Source: a virus (lineage: Duplodnaviria > Caudoviricetes). Taken from it: DNA of 64,000 nucleotides. How positions within the stretch are numbered: the first letter of the stretch is position 1; the number at the start of each line of letters is the position of its first letter. Of this stretch, positions 30,601-39,800 are shown in pieces. The notes beneath the pieces were generated by a model, which was given only the letters and a program-made list of their open reading frames with translations, did not search any database and had not been told where the DNA came from. Position numbers and translations under genes: made by a program. The stretch lies in the IMG/VR virus record IMGVR_UViG_3300027486_000276, positions 1 through 64,000 of that record. One strand, written 5' to 3'.

Positions 30601-32338
30601 ATTAAGATTATTAAGAGAAAATTCAGATAGAATTACAAGTTTGCTTGCATTTAGATTACAAAATGACAAAGAACTTATTGACCTTAATGAAAAAGTAAAT
30701 GCACTTTTAAAAGGTGATGCAGTTGACACAGCCAAAAGAGCAGAATTAATTAAGCTTCAAACTGAATTAAGAGCAAAAACTTTAGAACAAGAAGGTAAAG
30801 TCGCAGAAGAGTTATATAATTTATATTATAAAGAGTCATATGGAGAAACTTTCTTTAAGGATGAAAGAGCAGCTTTTGCTAACGCTAAAATCGAAAATGA
30901 AGCTCGTCAAGGAAGAGTAGATATTGGAGCCATAACAGAAAAGAATACTACTTACAATAGAGCCGATTTTGCTAGAGACACTGGTCAATTGATCGACACT
31001 TTCCAAACTGATTTCAAATCAGGTATTGCTAGTGCATTTGGTGAAGCTATCAAAGGAACTAAAACTCTTAAGGATGCATTTAGAGATATGTTCCAAGGCA
31101 TCTTAAATAGAATGCTTGATAAGTCTTTAGAGATGGGAGTTGATGCTTTATTTGCTTTTGGTAAAGCTGCAACTGGCAGAAAAGATGGTGGATTAATCAG
31201 AGGTTATAATTCTGGAGGTATGGTTGTTGGTGGCTCTGGAATGAAAGATGATGTACCCGCTATGATGAGTGGCGGCGAATACGTTATCAAGAAGTCTTCT
31301 GTTAAAAAATACGGTTCTGATTATTTAAGAGCTTTAAATGGAGGTATTGTTCCTAAATATGCAACTGGAGGATTCTCTATAGGCCCATTGCAGAATGAAT
31401 TCTTATACAATGATCCTGATCGTCCAACTTCTGGAGAGTTTGCTATTGATTCTAGACTATCAGCCGCAGCTTTAACTGACGAGAATAATCCTCAAAATAG
31501 ATTAAGACAAGATCGTTATGAAAAGCTTGATCAATACTTACAAGACAGATCTCAATACGAGAAAGACAAACAGCAAGCTATTAAAAATTACAAAAATCAA
31601 GTAAATAGCACTTTCTATTCAGGTTTAACTGCTGCTGCTGTTCAATTAGGTGCTGCTGGCCTTACGGTTGGAGCAGCTAATATGAGAACTAATGCAGCAA
31701 CATCTGCTGCAAGAGGTCTAGAACCCGGAGGCAACTTAACTCAAGCTCAATTAAACGCTCAATATGCAAGAAATCTTAGGTCAAATGGTGGTTATATAGC
31801 TAGATTTGCTGGCGGTGGATCAACAGGTAAAGATAATATTCCTGCCTTGTTAATGGGCGGCGAATATGTCATGAACAAGAAAGCCGTAGATATGTACGGC
31901 AGAGACTTCATGAATCAATTAAATACTGGTACATTGCCTAAGTATGCCAGTGGCGGAATGGTTGGTACAAGCTATACAGCAGGTCAAAATGTACCTGAAT
32001 CTAGCGTGACCGAACTAGTCGCTGCTCTTAATACATTGAATGAAAACCTTTCCAAGGGCAATGACATCACCCAAGCTGAGTCAGGTAAAATTTCTGCTGC
32101 TGGAGCAAATCAAGAATCTGGAATGTCTGTAGTTAATAACATTTCAATTAATGTTGCTCAAAGCGGCGAAGTCACTTCTGAAGCTAATGCTACCACTCAA
32201 AATGGCGGCTCCAATACCAACAAAGATCAAAACAGCATTCAAAACAATGCTAAACTTGCTGAACTACTCAGAAGCAAAGTCGTTGAAGTATTGGTCGAGC
32301 AGAAGAGACCCGGAGGATTACTTTACGCCAGCAGATAA
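21626..32338 (+). CDS. Tape measure protein (3570 aa) with an internal cargo-domain array
   Basis: N-terminal TP901-family-like core (EFSRQG, LAAVDAKFAVSS, RGGAVIGNALKTIF), long A/E/K/Q helical stretches, and C-terminal KDDVPAMMSGGEYVI repeats typical of TMPs. Confidence 0.92.
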   Translation: MATSAGNIPISATFAAAQLEKDVLSALNRIQSKSNLSLNTRNFSQPLGKITGLANEFNKSLEASNARVVAFGASAGLIFAVQKSFSSLVNTTIEVEKSLTDINVVLNTSSKGIKQFGDQLFSVAKNTGSAFKDVASAATEFSRQGLGLEETLKRTRDALILTRLSGLDVVSSTEALTAAVNSFTKEALTTTDVVNKLAAVDAKFAVSSRDLSEAIQRVGSSASEAGVSFDELLGIVTSVQQTTARGGAVIGNALKTIFTRIERPQVISDLKDFGIAVTDISGNALPTIKVIENLAQSFQNLNPVIKSQVAELVGGVYQINILKAALADVSKQNSAFAEATRTSSKAADEAILKNKALNESLSALLNETTINFTKFATSIGEASVGPGIRKVLGYINSSLESYNEKDAEGVGEKIATGVLSGVTNFITGPGLGIGAFAIGKLLANFTKFAGDATKNLLGLNTLGRQQAVLQSEIGKILSDNPDLIKDIISGSRTRLQVEQQIKQTLIEQAALSEQIKNSSIDIGGRFLASGLRVSEKNTIVGRRSAEGYIPAKQQAAEMVGAMQGGYTPGRVVAAPKSIGGIMNTAETVKYIPGFAQPYILPPQGSRAAQALASKSMAKNGINPYMATGFVPNFIPMPLENDAYGYGDDEWLRRASDRAVPLANIRLDPKYQAAFDPSRPKGERFYRKDGAPFTANDLNHFVRAGAKYGEIRAEMPASILMSDKRYGKRKPDGTIFGLDDIRATYAPGKKIEAEQKVKEGIKQVYDPYIPPASMLVFDAMQKSSERDVNEDDLEKTGEMSTKRKTSGRIFKIKSYALNASALNEEKTGLIQKTQDFSRKMTKDLANYIRPGEYSDTSVDNFFGAAGKNYNVLAGTIFEASTNLAANYTRDKANSGGDFDVRGGNIGNIRQLFPGFTDQYGDYKLKNNDEAIRSFIDKVTKQYGQQIGNHFKEQEIKAGSVTSGFKTSSFGFIPNFAPKPFNFRFSNLGEKTAQISPKLRDWLADKYFDPEMASTGTLERLASLNRDSGAFFSSLENPNAVAGIPVRGQQGFVSRQNRGARAGAFLNALRARLPDFIPGSLPNLASGFIPNFAYRINKPVYSKTSTRELTDPETGSYLRYYPGDFYNKETKSQERSLNVSYIRSKRTGQGQEMFDRFSKMARRQKLKGFSDLLVEQGDRVGKIIPKEKYGYLKEKLSADEIKNYSILEDTSFEDIVKMAYPQLAYRQRGLSKNTKLSLNYRDYAGFLKYEDLSGKDILSQVQNKLKDVYGNNKDTLIQEILHKNIGINDLQDTFSKGYVPNFSYAVSKPGFNRSASKRQIHDKKTGSYLEYTPGVVDSEKVLKFGFINSYEKGQGHEMFDRYGKIARRSGRRSYSSIILPQTNKIVPKEKYDLLNEYQKKNRHILEGLSLRDALKISYPQLMYRERGTSKESSLSFMKISTEKSPFEKETLTGKKIFSSVLDKLTGIYGSDVPEFVKDVEARKIYISELYDTFSKGHVPNFAYKLKKRKQYENDKKNNFRTLTDPETGSHLDYYPGNFVNPNTGSYEKGLKISYIESNQKGQGQEMFDRYSKTAKRLGVNSYSSVIVAQGDKLKRVIPQKQYALLRDKDKEKHYVLEETSIEDIVKIAYPQLSYRQKGLSKSTNLKFSNRNYVGRMEEEEIFGKNILSLVQGKIKDLYKNDKQSFIDAVIDGDLAIEALVDTFSKGHIPNFNAVQEAIGREMAAGYSSSQVKVGQSSKLKTSFNPMGLGVYNSTEGSLNGGIGLAEKAGIDPKTKGMSSKGHIPNFADFGGADAFILIAAFGTLSTALKEVSGNFQNLKTTSDNLKKSYESAAASFASEMGKAKQSLNRTLSSIESEVKSTFTNIDPKTLKQKGSSVAPLVMGPRVRDALGTYTSSPQAASSEQVARLEELRNQTVEARKQEAKRIREARAGLRQMQGQIAETETPFFSRGSFSSGGKADRYVRGMGTQIGLIGSVISNVAGQFISPENKTAKAAMAGVGEISSFAGLGAQFGVPGMVLGGIAGLGSALLKLKDAKAEEAIDKINKSLGETKEKSSEFSGAAQNYSTSLEGLQNALNDPKTKPEALLKFQNNLTEALNSIPEEFRSKVLAAGSDITKVSEAIGNINKEMANTQKNLERQLAITEFIEKQSSIFGRASLKPKDQEVFNRLFTSSIKSEELVKKFTGKNAKEDFGNFIDSLKSEAIYDKDIIGPYNSRLGTETLVNKESAENIKAQLRQKTIIPEEIINQLDKAFAELDGKALGSLLDSIKKAGISVFDFTEKTKILGEIAAENAKRIKENEESLKALNNQYNNINLQISNQIDIEKNRAQTIREINKIQAEGVVSIQRARVKGLLESATPFISESSKSDIQNQLDLNEITSRQNSKIQEASNKLLDSFSNTIIKKSEEARSKVVPAIEGAKSENAIQQERFVFQNQIQKLTPLITQSLKEITSGGNIGDIQANLIKSITGFSKFKPEERDVLIQSLEVSFAEFKNTLAEIKAQGDVDIQIQEAQREYQKQSLALNQRLSFAGGAQALSSTGKTGVSDLFDNISELVSELRQTNTIGNAAQKGSSAFKLLDVLTNQLQLNRNINAPNLPNNFIGPNISGEMFNKQVSSDLTPLAATAIAGRVQQIRDSLDLARKVTEIQIGKTAQGTALGTAFDQAKEGAVRTALDQIASQFKLENMGNYLDVLQQEARFLNQLTQDQNSILESTLPKSINDNFNTVITREVGTKLTTLTTSLQNVINKLATDTKRTNLLTERSNLLPVASVGTRKAIFDRIAQSQDLTDLPKGVKFIDDKERISSLKTEIKDLESYLESLKTVGQAQIQPITKELQRYQPQTDMDEILSGLQRYQTEEQAMQSTIQSAKISSEAEAKLTEAKSTLQKLSKYEGSDPKKLESLLESLKSELIRLNEPTKQDYLNTTYEGLAKQIFRDFNQQMSIEDIKSLKENARKERNLATEKPLMDVDAKVGTGSGQGSKTSTDGGVKRDIPSQLRLLRENSDRITSLLAFRLQNDKELIDLNEKVNALLKGDAVDTAKRAELIKLQTELRAKTLEQEGKVAEELYNLYYKESYGETFFKDERAAFANAKIENEARQGRVDIGAITEKNTTYNRADFARDTGQLIDTFQTDFKSGIASAFGEAIKGTKTLKDAFRDMFQGILNRMLDKSLEMGVDALFAFGKAATGRKDGGLIRGYNSGGMVVGGSGMKDDVPAMMSGGEYVIKKSSVKKYGSDYLRALNGGIVPKYATGGFSIGPLQNEFLYNDPDRPTSGEFAIDSRLSAAALTDENNPQNRLRQDRYEKLDQYLQDRSQYEKDKQQAIKNYKNQVNSTFYSGLTAAAVQLGAAGLTVGAANMRTNAATSAARGLEPGGNLTQAQLNAQYARNLRSNGGYIARFAGGGSTGKDNIPALLMGGEYVMNKKAVDMYGRDFMNQLNTGTLPKYASGGMVGTSYTAGQNVPESSVTELVAALNTLNENLSKGNDITQAESGKISAAGANQESGMSVVNNISINVAQSGEVTSEANATTQNGGSNTNKDQNSIQNNAKLAELLRSKVVEVLVEQKRPGGLLYASR
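23501..26977 (+). repeat. Seven G(F/Y/H)(I/V)PNF delimiter motifs and three ~200-aa tandem repeats within the TMP
   Basis: Motif Gly codons at 23507, 24530, 24878, 25508, 26105, 26735 and 26960. Repeat units are 630, 597 and 630 nt. Confidence 0.9.
31186..31960 (+). repeat. Duplicated TMP C-terminal motif
   Basis: GG..GKDDVPAMMSGGEYVIKKSSVKKYG...PKYATGG versus GG..GKDNIPALLMGGEYVMNKKAVDMYG...PKYASGG. Confidence 0.85.
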
Positions 32339-33145
32339 TTCTTTAATCTTAGAATCTATAGTCAGTATAGCCTGATTATAGATTTGCTCTATATTATTAT
32401 CTTTAGCTAGTGGCAGATTAAGAAAAGGGGTCTTCTCTACCTTTACAATGAATGCTTGATTCAAGTATTCTTTGCCTGTTGGTTTATTTAATGTAATGCG
32501 ATATCGTTTTATATATACTTCACCTGTCAGGAAGTTGTCTTTAATCTTTTCGTTTAGAATTACAGTGATCGAAGCCTTCTCTCGCTTTACGTCCAATACA
32601 GAAAAAAACTTGAGAGCCTTTTTATTGTCTTTGCCTAAAATCAAGCTTACTTTTGCGCCTTTACCAGATCCGCCTTCTAATTCTGCTTCACTAAAATCTT
32701 GAGTGAATTTTCCATTGTTAATTAAATTAACTTCAGTAATGCCTCCATTACTATTAACAGCTTTAACTTGGAGAACAGCTTTTTGATTTTTGTCTATAGA
32801 TGATTCAAAGTAAGAATTTTTACCAATGGTTACATATTCATTTACTTTGTATCCAGATCCAGATTCAGTAATATCATTAATTAATGCTGTATAGTAAGTA
32901 GTAAAATAGCAATCAATAGTATCTCCATCTAAGATCAGGTCTCTTACATTGTTGTCAAATTTAATTAATGAACTTGATTCTATAGTAAAAGACTTACTAT
33001 AGTTAATAACATCAGTTCGAACAACGGAGAATTTATCTTCGTTGCCAATGATTTCTATTTGCTTGCTTGGTTCAATTGTAGACCAGTTTGCTAGATTATT
33101 AGAATATATGTATTGGTCGCCAAAAGAAAATAACACATCCGTCAT
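32318..33145 (-). CDS. Hypothetical virion protein (275 aa)
   Basis: Last gene of the inverted tip operon; contains an ITESGSGY...ITEVNLINNG...GGSGKGAKV beta module; 3' end overlaps the TMP 3' end by 21 nt. Confidence 0.6.
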   Translation of the reverse strand: MTDVLFSFGDQYIYSNNLANWSTIEPSKQIEIIGNEDKFSVVRTDVINYSKSFTIESSSLIKFDNNVRDLILDGDTIDCYFTTYYTALINDITESGSGYKVNEYVTIGKNSYFESSIDKNQKAVLQVKAVNSNGGITEVNLINNGKFTQDFSEAELEGGSGKGAKVSLILGKDNKKALKFFSVLDVKREKASITVILNEKIKDNFLTGEVYIKRYRITLNKPTGKEYLNQAFIVKVEKTPFLNLPLAKDNNIEQIYNQAILTIDSKIKELSAGVK

Positions 33146-33148
33146 ATA

Positions 33149-33847
33149 CTACATTATATTGTCAATTACTGCTTTTACAATAGGATGTTTTGCGCTTTCT
33201 GATTCATATCCGCTTATTTTGATCTGTGGATCTGAAATGTAACCGCAACCCAATTTCTCCATTGTTAAAGAAAGTAACTCTCCTTTTGAACCTCTGATAG
33301 CGTGAGCAGAAGCAGTTAGACCATAGTTGAATTCAGTTTCTTCAGGAGGAGAGATGGTGACGCAAGGGACAGACTCTGAGCAACCATAACCGGGGTCAAT
33401 AATTTGTATATCTACTATGTTATAGAAAGCATTAAACTTATGAATCTTTTCGCAGTCATGAACATGGTGCATTTCTGTTCTGCAAGACAACTCTCTTAGA
33501 AACTTTTTGTTGTTTTTAATAACTTCTGTTTGCCTATTATTAGGAGTCTCTAAAGAAATAATGAAGTCAATATCAAGCTTCTGTAATAAAGCATTTCTTT
33601 TTGCAGTCATTTCTTTGACTTTTTTATCAATAAGATTTTCTTTTTTCCATATGGAGTTTCCGTCAGGAAGAAATTTTCTATACTCTAGTATGCTTTGATC
33701 AATATGCTTTTCTAAAGGAACAATGTAATCTACAACTTCATAGTTTATACCTACAAGTTCTAGGCGATCTAAATTTTCCATCAAGTCGAGAGAAGATTGC
33801 ACATATTTATGACTGCCATTTATAAAATATACGATGTAGTGTTTCAT
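33149..33847 (-). CDS. Hypothetical protein, possible fibre-assembly-like N-terminus plus IIDPGYG module (232 aa)
   Basis: KRNALLQKLDIDF...KKFLRELS resembles tail-fibre-assembly helices; follows the J-like gene. Confidence 0.5.
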   Translation of the reverse strand: MKHYIVYFINGSHKYVQSSLDLMENLDRLELVGINYEVVDYIVPLEKHIDQSILEYRKFLPDGNSIWKKENLIDKKVKEMTAKRNALLQKLDIDFIISLETPNNRQTEVIKNNKKFLRELSCRTEMHHVHDCEKIHKFNAFYNIVDIQIIDPGYGCSESVPCVTISPPEETEFNYGLTASAHAIRGSKGELLSLTMEKLGCGYISDPQIKISGYESESAKHPIVKAVIDNIM

Positions 33848-33848
33848 T

Positions 33849-36800
33849 TTAGTAAGTTATTACTATTGATAGTTCTAATGCTTGGATATGGAAATTATAT
33901 AAAGGAAATCTATTACCCGATCTTGCAGATAAATGTGCAAAAGCTAAGTTCTTAGCACTCTTAAATTTCCAGAAAGTTGGATTAGTTATTGATGTATTAT
34001 TACCATAAGAAACAGTATTGGTATAATAATTTGCATAAGGAATATTCTTTAACGTAACCTTAATTACATTATCATCTCCCGGTATTATTTGTGTTTTATC
34101 TACTTCACTAGCAACGAAATCTTCTCCAATGAAGCAATATACTTTTATAGCCTTTGTCTTATTAACACTTCCAATTGTAAAGAAAACAGATAAAGATTCG
34201 CTTTCTAATACTGGAATTCCAGCATAAAAAGTAGAATTTGGTATGCCCAAACCAAATGAAGCTGCTGTTTGTTGGTTTATAGTATAAACAGTAAAATTGT
34301 TTGGTTCTGCATTTATAAGCATCTGAACATTTTTAGTATTAACTCCAAGTTCAGAAAAGTTATTTTCAGGAGTGACATTTATTGTATTAAAAGATGAATT
34401 GAGCAATCCATCATTTAATAGAGTATCAAAAACAGTTTTTGCACTTGCTTCTGTATTTGAATTTTGAGCGTTTATAGGAACTGCATAAAAATTTGTATAA
34501 TCAGGAATTAGACTCTTTATGTTTCCAGTAAACGTGCTGTTGATTAATCTCGTTATAGAGATGTCGAAAAATTCTTCGCTTCCTTCGCCAAAAGAGCTAT
34601 TTGTTATTTTGCGATTAGCCCTAAAGGCATTAGATGCTACTGATTCTGATTCTACTCCTCTTAATAATTGAGGGGTAAGACTTGTGTTAGCAGCTAAAGC
34701 TCTTGTGAAAATCTTATTACCGTTTAGAACATAAGCTCTCTTGCCAGTGGGTATTTTTGGTGATAATGATGCATTTGGTATATTATCTCTATTTTGTAAA
34801 GAGAGTTTATAATAAGCCATAGTACCATCTGGATCTGAAGATAATACTCTGTCGTCTTTAGCTCCTATTGCTAGGTTTGCATTTGTAGTAGGCTTATAAA
34901 TTACACTCCTTCTAGAAATTGCATAAGCTGGTGCAGCAAGCGTATTTACGCTAGTGTCAAATATATTTTCAGTTAGTATAGTCTTATTAATTGTAAAATG
35001 AAGATATCTAGTATCAGCATCTTTCAATACAGACTCTAGAGAGAAAGATAATGGAATAGGTGATTCTTGTTTTATAATAATTGGATCACTAATTTGTGCA
35101 TAAACTTTTCCTACATTATTATCTTTATCAATAAAGCTAGAATAATAATCTAAGATATTTCTTGCTGTTGCTGCATTTGAATTAAATTGCCAAGCAAACA
35201 TGAATGAATCTACAGCTATCAAATAAGCATTATATTGAGTAGAATCAAATCCTTTACCATTATCATCACTTAAATCATTGAAATTAAATATAGATTGGTT
35301 ATTTGGTACTGTTATAAAGTGAGAGTCAGTAATTTCTTTTCCGCTAGTGTCATTGACAGAGAATGGACTTCCATCAGAATTATGATTTATTGAATTTGTT
35401 CCAAATGCAAATTTGTTTTCGCTAGGCATTAATAGCAAATAAAAATAATTAACAAAAGAGCTTGCTGTGTCTTGCTGAATAGTGAATTTTAATCTATTTG
35501 ATCCTTGGGTTGTAACAATAGAGTAATCTGCTCTTGTGTCGTTTAAAATTGCATCTAAAAATCCTTTTAAATTAGTATCTTGATTGTCATAAGTCACTAG
35601 CAAAAATCCATTTACATTCTTAAAATCATTAGAAGTAGATCTCATTCCAGCTTCCGTGAATGTTCTCTTGTCTATCGCTAAAGAGAAGTCTCTATATTTA
35701 GCAAAAACATTTGAAGTCTTATAGTTGTATGTATTATCGTTAGTGTTATCTTCATCAAATGTTAAATAATCTTGCCAGTTTGAAACATTAAGATACTTGC
35801 TATAACTAGTGATAAAAGCTTCTTTTGTATTTACTTTTTCGGGTATTATTACTATTGAATAAGGATAATCAAGATTATTGAATTTGTTTGGATTTTTTAT
35901 GAACTGCAAAGGTAGGTTAAATGATAAAGATTCTGAAGGTTTAATGGATTGAACTTGAGAAGGTATGGCTGGTTGAAAGTATTGTCCCTTTGTTAAATCA
36001 ATTGGAGAAGTAAAAGCGTAAACTTTATTGTTTAAAGTGATTGATGAATTTGTGTTTACATCATCATAAGTAATTGGAACAACTGGAGATACGAATAACT
36101 CGCTTGAATTTTGAGAGTTTAAAGCTTCAACATAAGTTAATGGAGAGCTATTGTTAATATTTGCGCCGTAGATTCTTATAGATCCTTTTATATTACTCTT
36201 GTCCACAACAGTACTTATATAAGATTCATAAATATCAATTGGAACAAATTTAAAATCACTAGAGCTATTTGGATTAAATTCTGATCCATAAAAGGCTTTA
36301 TTAAATATCTTGAAGCCTATTGTAGTGTCTTTTATAGAAGAGTCGTAAAAGATTTCAATCAATACCTTGCTTTGATCTACTACTCCATTAGCCTCTGCAA
36401 CGCCAAGAGTAAATAATGCTCTTGAAGGGGCGGAAGCTTCTGGTGCTGGTGGTTTTGCTGGCGTGATATTTAATCCAGATTCTATTTGAGCATACTTTAA
36501 GTGATACATCTGCGAGCCAATTACTGTATAATTACTTCCTTCTGTAGACTCTTGTATTCTAAATACTCTATAGAAATCATAATCACTATCCGTAGATCCA
36601 TTAAGATTTCCAGAGTTTTCTAAAGCCCAAGTTATTGACTTTGGAGACATTCCTGATGCTCCTGTAAAGTAAGACAAACCAGTTACATTTAACGTAGAAG
36701 CTATTACTGGGGCTAGTCCAGTAATTCTAATTGAATCATAATATTGACCAGTAATTAAGTTGCCGCTTCCTACTATGAATGAATTAGTAAGAGGCTTTCT

Positions 36801-39800
36801 ATAATCATTATAATCAAGGTTACTGGTAACGATACTGTTTCCTGCTGCGTCTTTAAAACTAGGATCTAGATTATACTTGGGAGAAAGTATGGTTAGCTTA
36901 TAATTTTGATTTCCAGAAAAGTTAAAATCAAGTTTTCTATCTAGAGTTAGTATTCCAGTAGTTACATTTGTGTCTCCAGAGATGTTAATATTATTTAATC
37001 TTCCGCCTACTGTTTTATATTTTCTATTATAATCGTAGACTTTAATTACATCTCCGGGTTTTAAGTATACGCATTCTGGGCCAGCTTCAAAAGAAACTGT
37101 TTCTGTTTCATTGTATTCTGAAGCTAATAACCATCTGCCAAGTCTTTGAGCTTGGCCTCTGCTTGTGCATCCAAAGGCAGTTAATTCGGTTTCTTTAAAA
37201 CCAAATTTTCTAACAGCCTCGATATTTTCTACATATTCTACTGCTGGTTTATAAAAATTATTCTTATCAATATATCTAATATAGACCACAGAATTTCTGT
37301 CTTTTAATGATGTAGATTCGTAAGTAAAATTACCATCAGATACATTTGAATTAGTGAAAGAATAAATAGGGGTATCTTCTGGCATATCATTTATGGCGTA
37401 AATGAATCCATTTGAATAATAGAACATTCCTCTAAATACAGAAGCCATATCAGACAATACTTTAAGAGCATCATCTTGCGTTTGTAAATAAACGTTACAT
37501 GTAAATCTTGGTTCTACTCCTCCAAATCCATCTGAGACAAGTTCATCGCAATATTTAGCTATTTGATAAAGAGACCATTTGTCTACGTCATTTTCTGTAA
37601 CATAGTTACCTACTCCATATCTCTTATTTGTTAAAAGATCATAGAAACACCAAGCTGGATTATCTGTCCATTCTTTTTCAGTTTTAAATTCTCCATCCCA
37701 ATAATCATTTGATGTAGAATAAGGCAATACTCCTGCTACGTCATAAACAGTAGTTTTTCTAGAAAGACCTTCTGAGAAAAGATTTCTCGCAAATGATTTA
37801 GCCAAAGAAAGCCTGTCGAAATCAATTTGATTTACTCTAATAGAATCAGCATAACCTTGTATTTTGCCACCGAAGCCAGCGGGTGATGTAAAGATTTCTA
37901 TTTGATTATTATTAGTTATAAAATAAGAAGGAATGAAAGGACCAGTTTTTGTATTTACTGCGTCGTAAATTTGTCCAGCAGCAAGAGGGATAAGCACTTT
38001 AACTTCACTCTGAGAAGAACTTAAGCTTACTGAAGTAGAAGATCCATCGAATGTTTTATGATATTCTAGTTTGTTATAAGCATTTAAGGCTGCTTGAGTA
38101 AGTGAAGCTACTTGCGCTCTTTGATTTATTTCATTTTGCCAATTAGCGTCTGTAGTAGGTCTGTATAAAGCTCCAACACAAAGAGTTTGATAAGCATCAT
38201 AATTTGAAATATTTATATTACATTGAATTTGCTTTTCTAGGTTAACTAGAACATCTATCTCTGCATTTAATATGTCTGGGAAGTATTCTTTAGTAAGCCT
38301 TCTTTCAATAGCGGGGGCATAAATTGGAGTTTTTCCTGCGACACCTGTAGTAACCTGACCTTGATTAAAATTACAGTATATATATTTATAACAAGTTTCT
38401 GGTAAGTTGTTAATATCACTACTATAAGAAGTATCTTCTTTAAAACTTACTGCTTTTACTAAATAAAAATCTTTTAGTTCTTGTGCTAACGCTCTTTCGT
38501 TTCCATCTGTTGTCGTCCTTCTAACCGTTATATAGTCATTAGTCCAAGTTTTATCTGATATATTTATGTTAGTTACTCTACTTGCGTTTGTGGTGTACGA
38601 TATACTTGGTTTTACTACTTTTGGAAGTATATAGAAACTAATTCTTGTAAAATTCGCTTTAAGTTTAGTCGTAGAATATTTCGTTGACTCTAAGGCTTTT
38701 GTAATGGTATAATTTTTGCTTTCATTTGGAGAAATAACTGTAAGTATCAAGCTTACGTTTTCTCCAGATATCGTCATGGAAAGATTAAACTGATTGCTTC
38801 TATGGATTAGAGTATAGTTTCCGTTTCCAATACTGCTTCCTAATTTAATAAAGAAGTCGCAATAAAAACTACAAAATCCTTGGTCTTTTAAAGAAAAATT
38901 ATTCGGGCCATTTCCTTTCCAATATCTTTGTGGTATTAAATCCCATTCATAATAGTTGTTTTGAGCTAAATTTCCTCCTGTATAATTATAAGCCTTTGTT
39001 CTTTGACCATTAGCGCATAAAGTTTTTAATGGCATTTTTATATAAGTGTCTGACTGCACGTTGAGAACGTTTGTACTATAAGAGCCTACAATAGAACTAA
39101 CGGTTGTTACGTTATTTCTGGTTACGTTCCATTTATTGTTAAGCCAGTTTCTTATTTTAATACCATCTGATTTTGATAGAGCTTTATTATATACTAGTAT
39201 TTCAAATACAGTACATTTGCTTGAAGTTGGTGTAGAATAATTAATAGCTAAACCTTTTGGAGCATCTACTCTATAATATGGTCTTACAAAGTAATTAGTA
39301 TTTTGCCAAAATATATTTACATCTTTTAGATTGTTTACGCTTGCTCCTACTATATATGTATTTGTATCGTTAGAAGTATTCCAATAATTAGAACGATTAT
39401 ATGGATAAAAATTAGGATTCATGACTCCATATATTTGCGCTCCTATTATAAAAGTACTATTAAATTTAGCGTCAAATCCTAAAACAAAAGAATCTGCTGA
39501 AGTAGAAGAAGAAAGTATTCTATTTCTTTCTGTGTTAGTTGCGGTATCGTCCCATTTACAGACAGCAAATACAGTATAATTATTACTAGCATCAGCTAAT
39601 GGAGTTGCTTCAACTTGATAAACAAATTTTGCTTTTTGAGTAGTTGTAAATGAAACACCATAGCTTCCATTTGGACTTTGTTCTGAATATGATGACCCAT
39701 ATGTTGGCCTCTCAGCACTTCCATTTGGAGATGCATAAGTTCCGTTTCCTAAAACGCATTTTATAGTTGATCCAGCTACAGTATTGGGCCAATTAGTCAC

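Noticed and set aside
33146-33180. Sigma70 promoter before the 275-aa gene (TTGACA and TATAAT both present on the minus strand)
   Set aside because: TTGACA and TATAAT are only 1 nt apart. The alternative TTGTAA-N16-TATAAT is weak and overlaps coding sequence in an AT-rich context.
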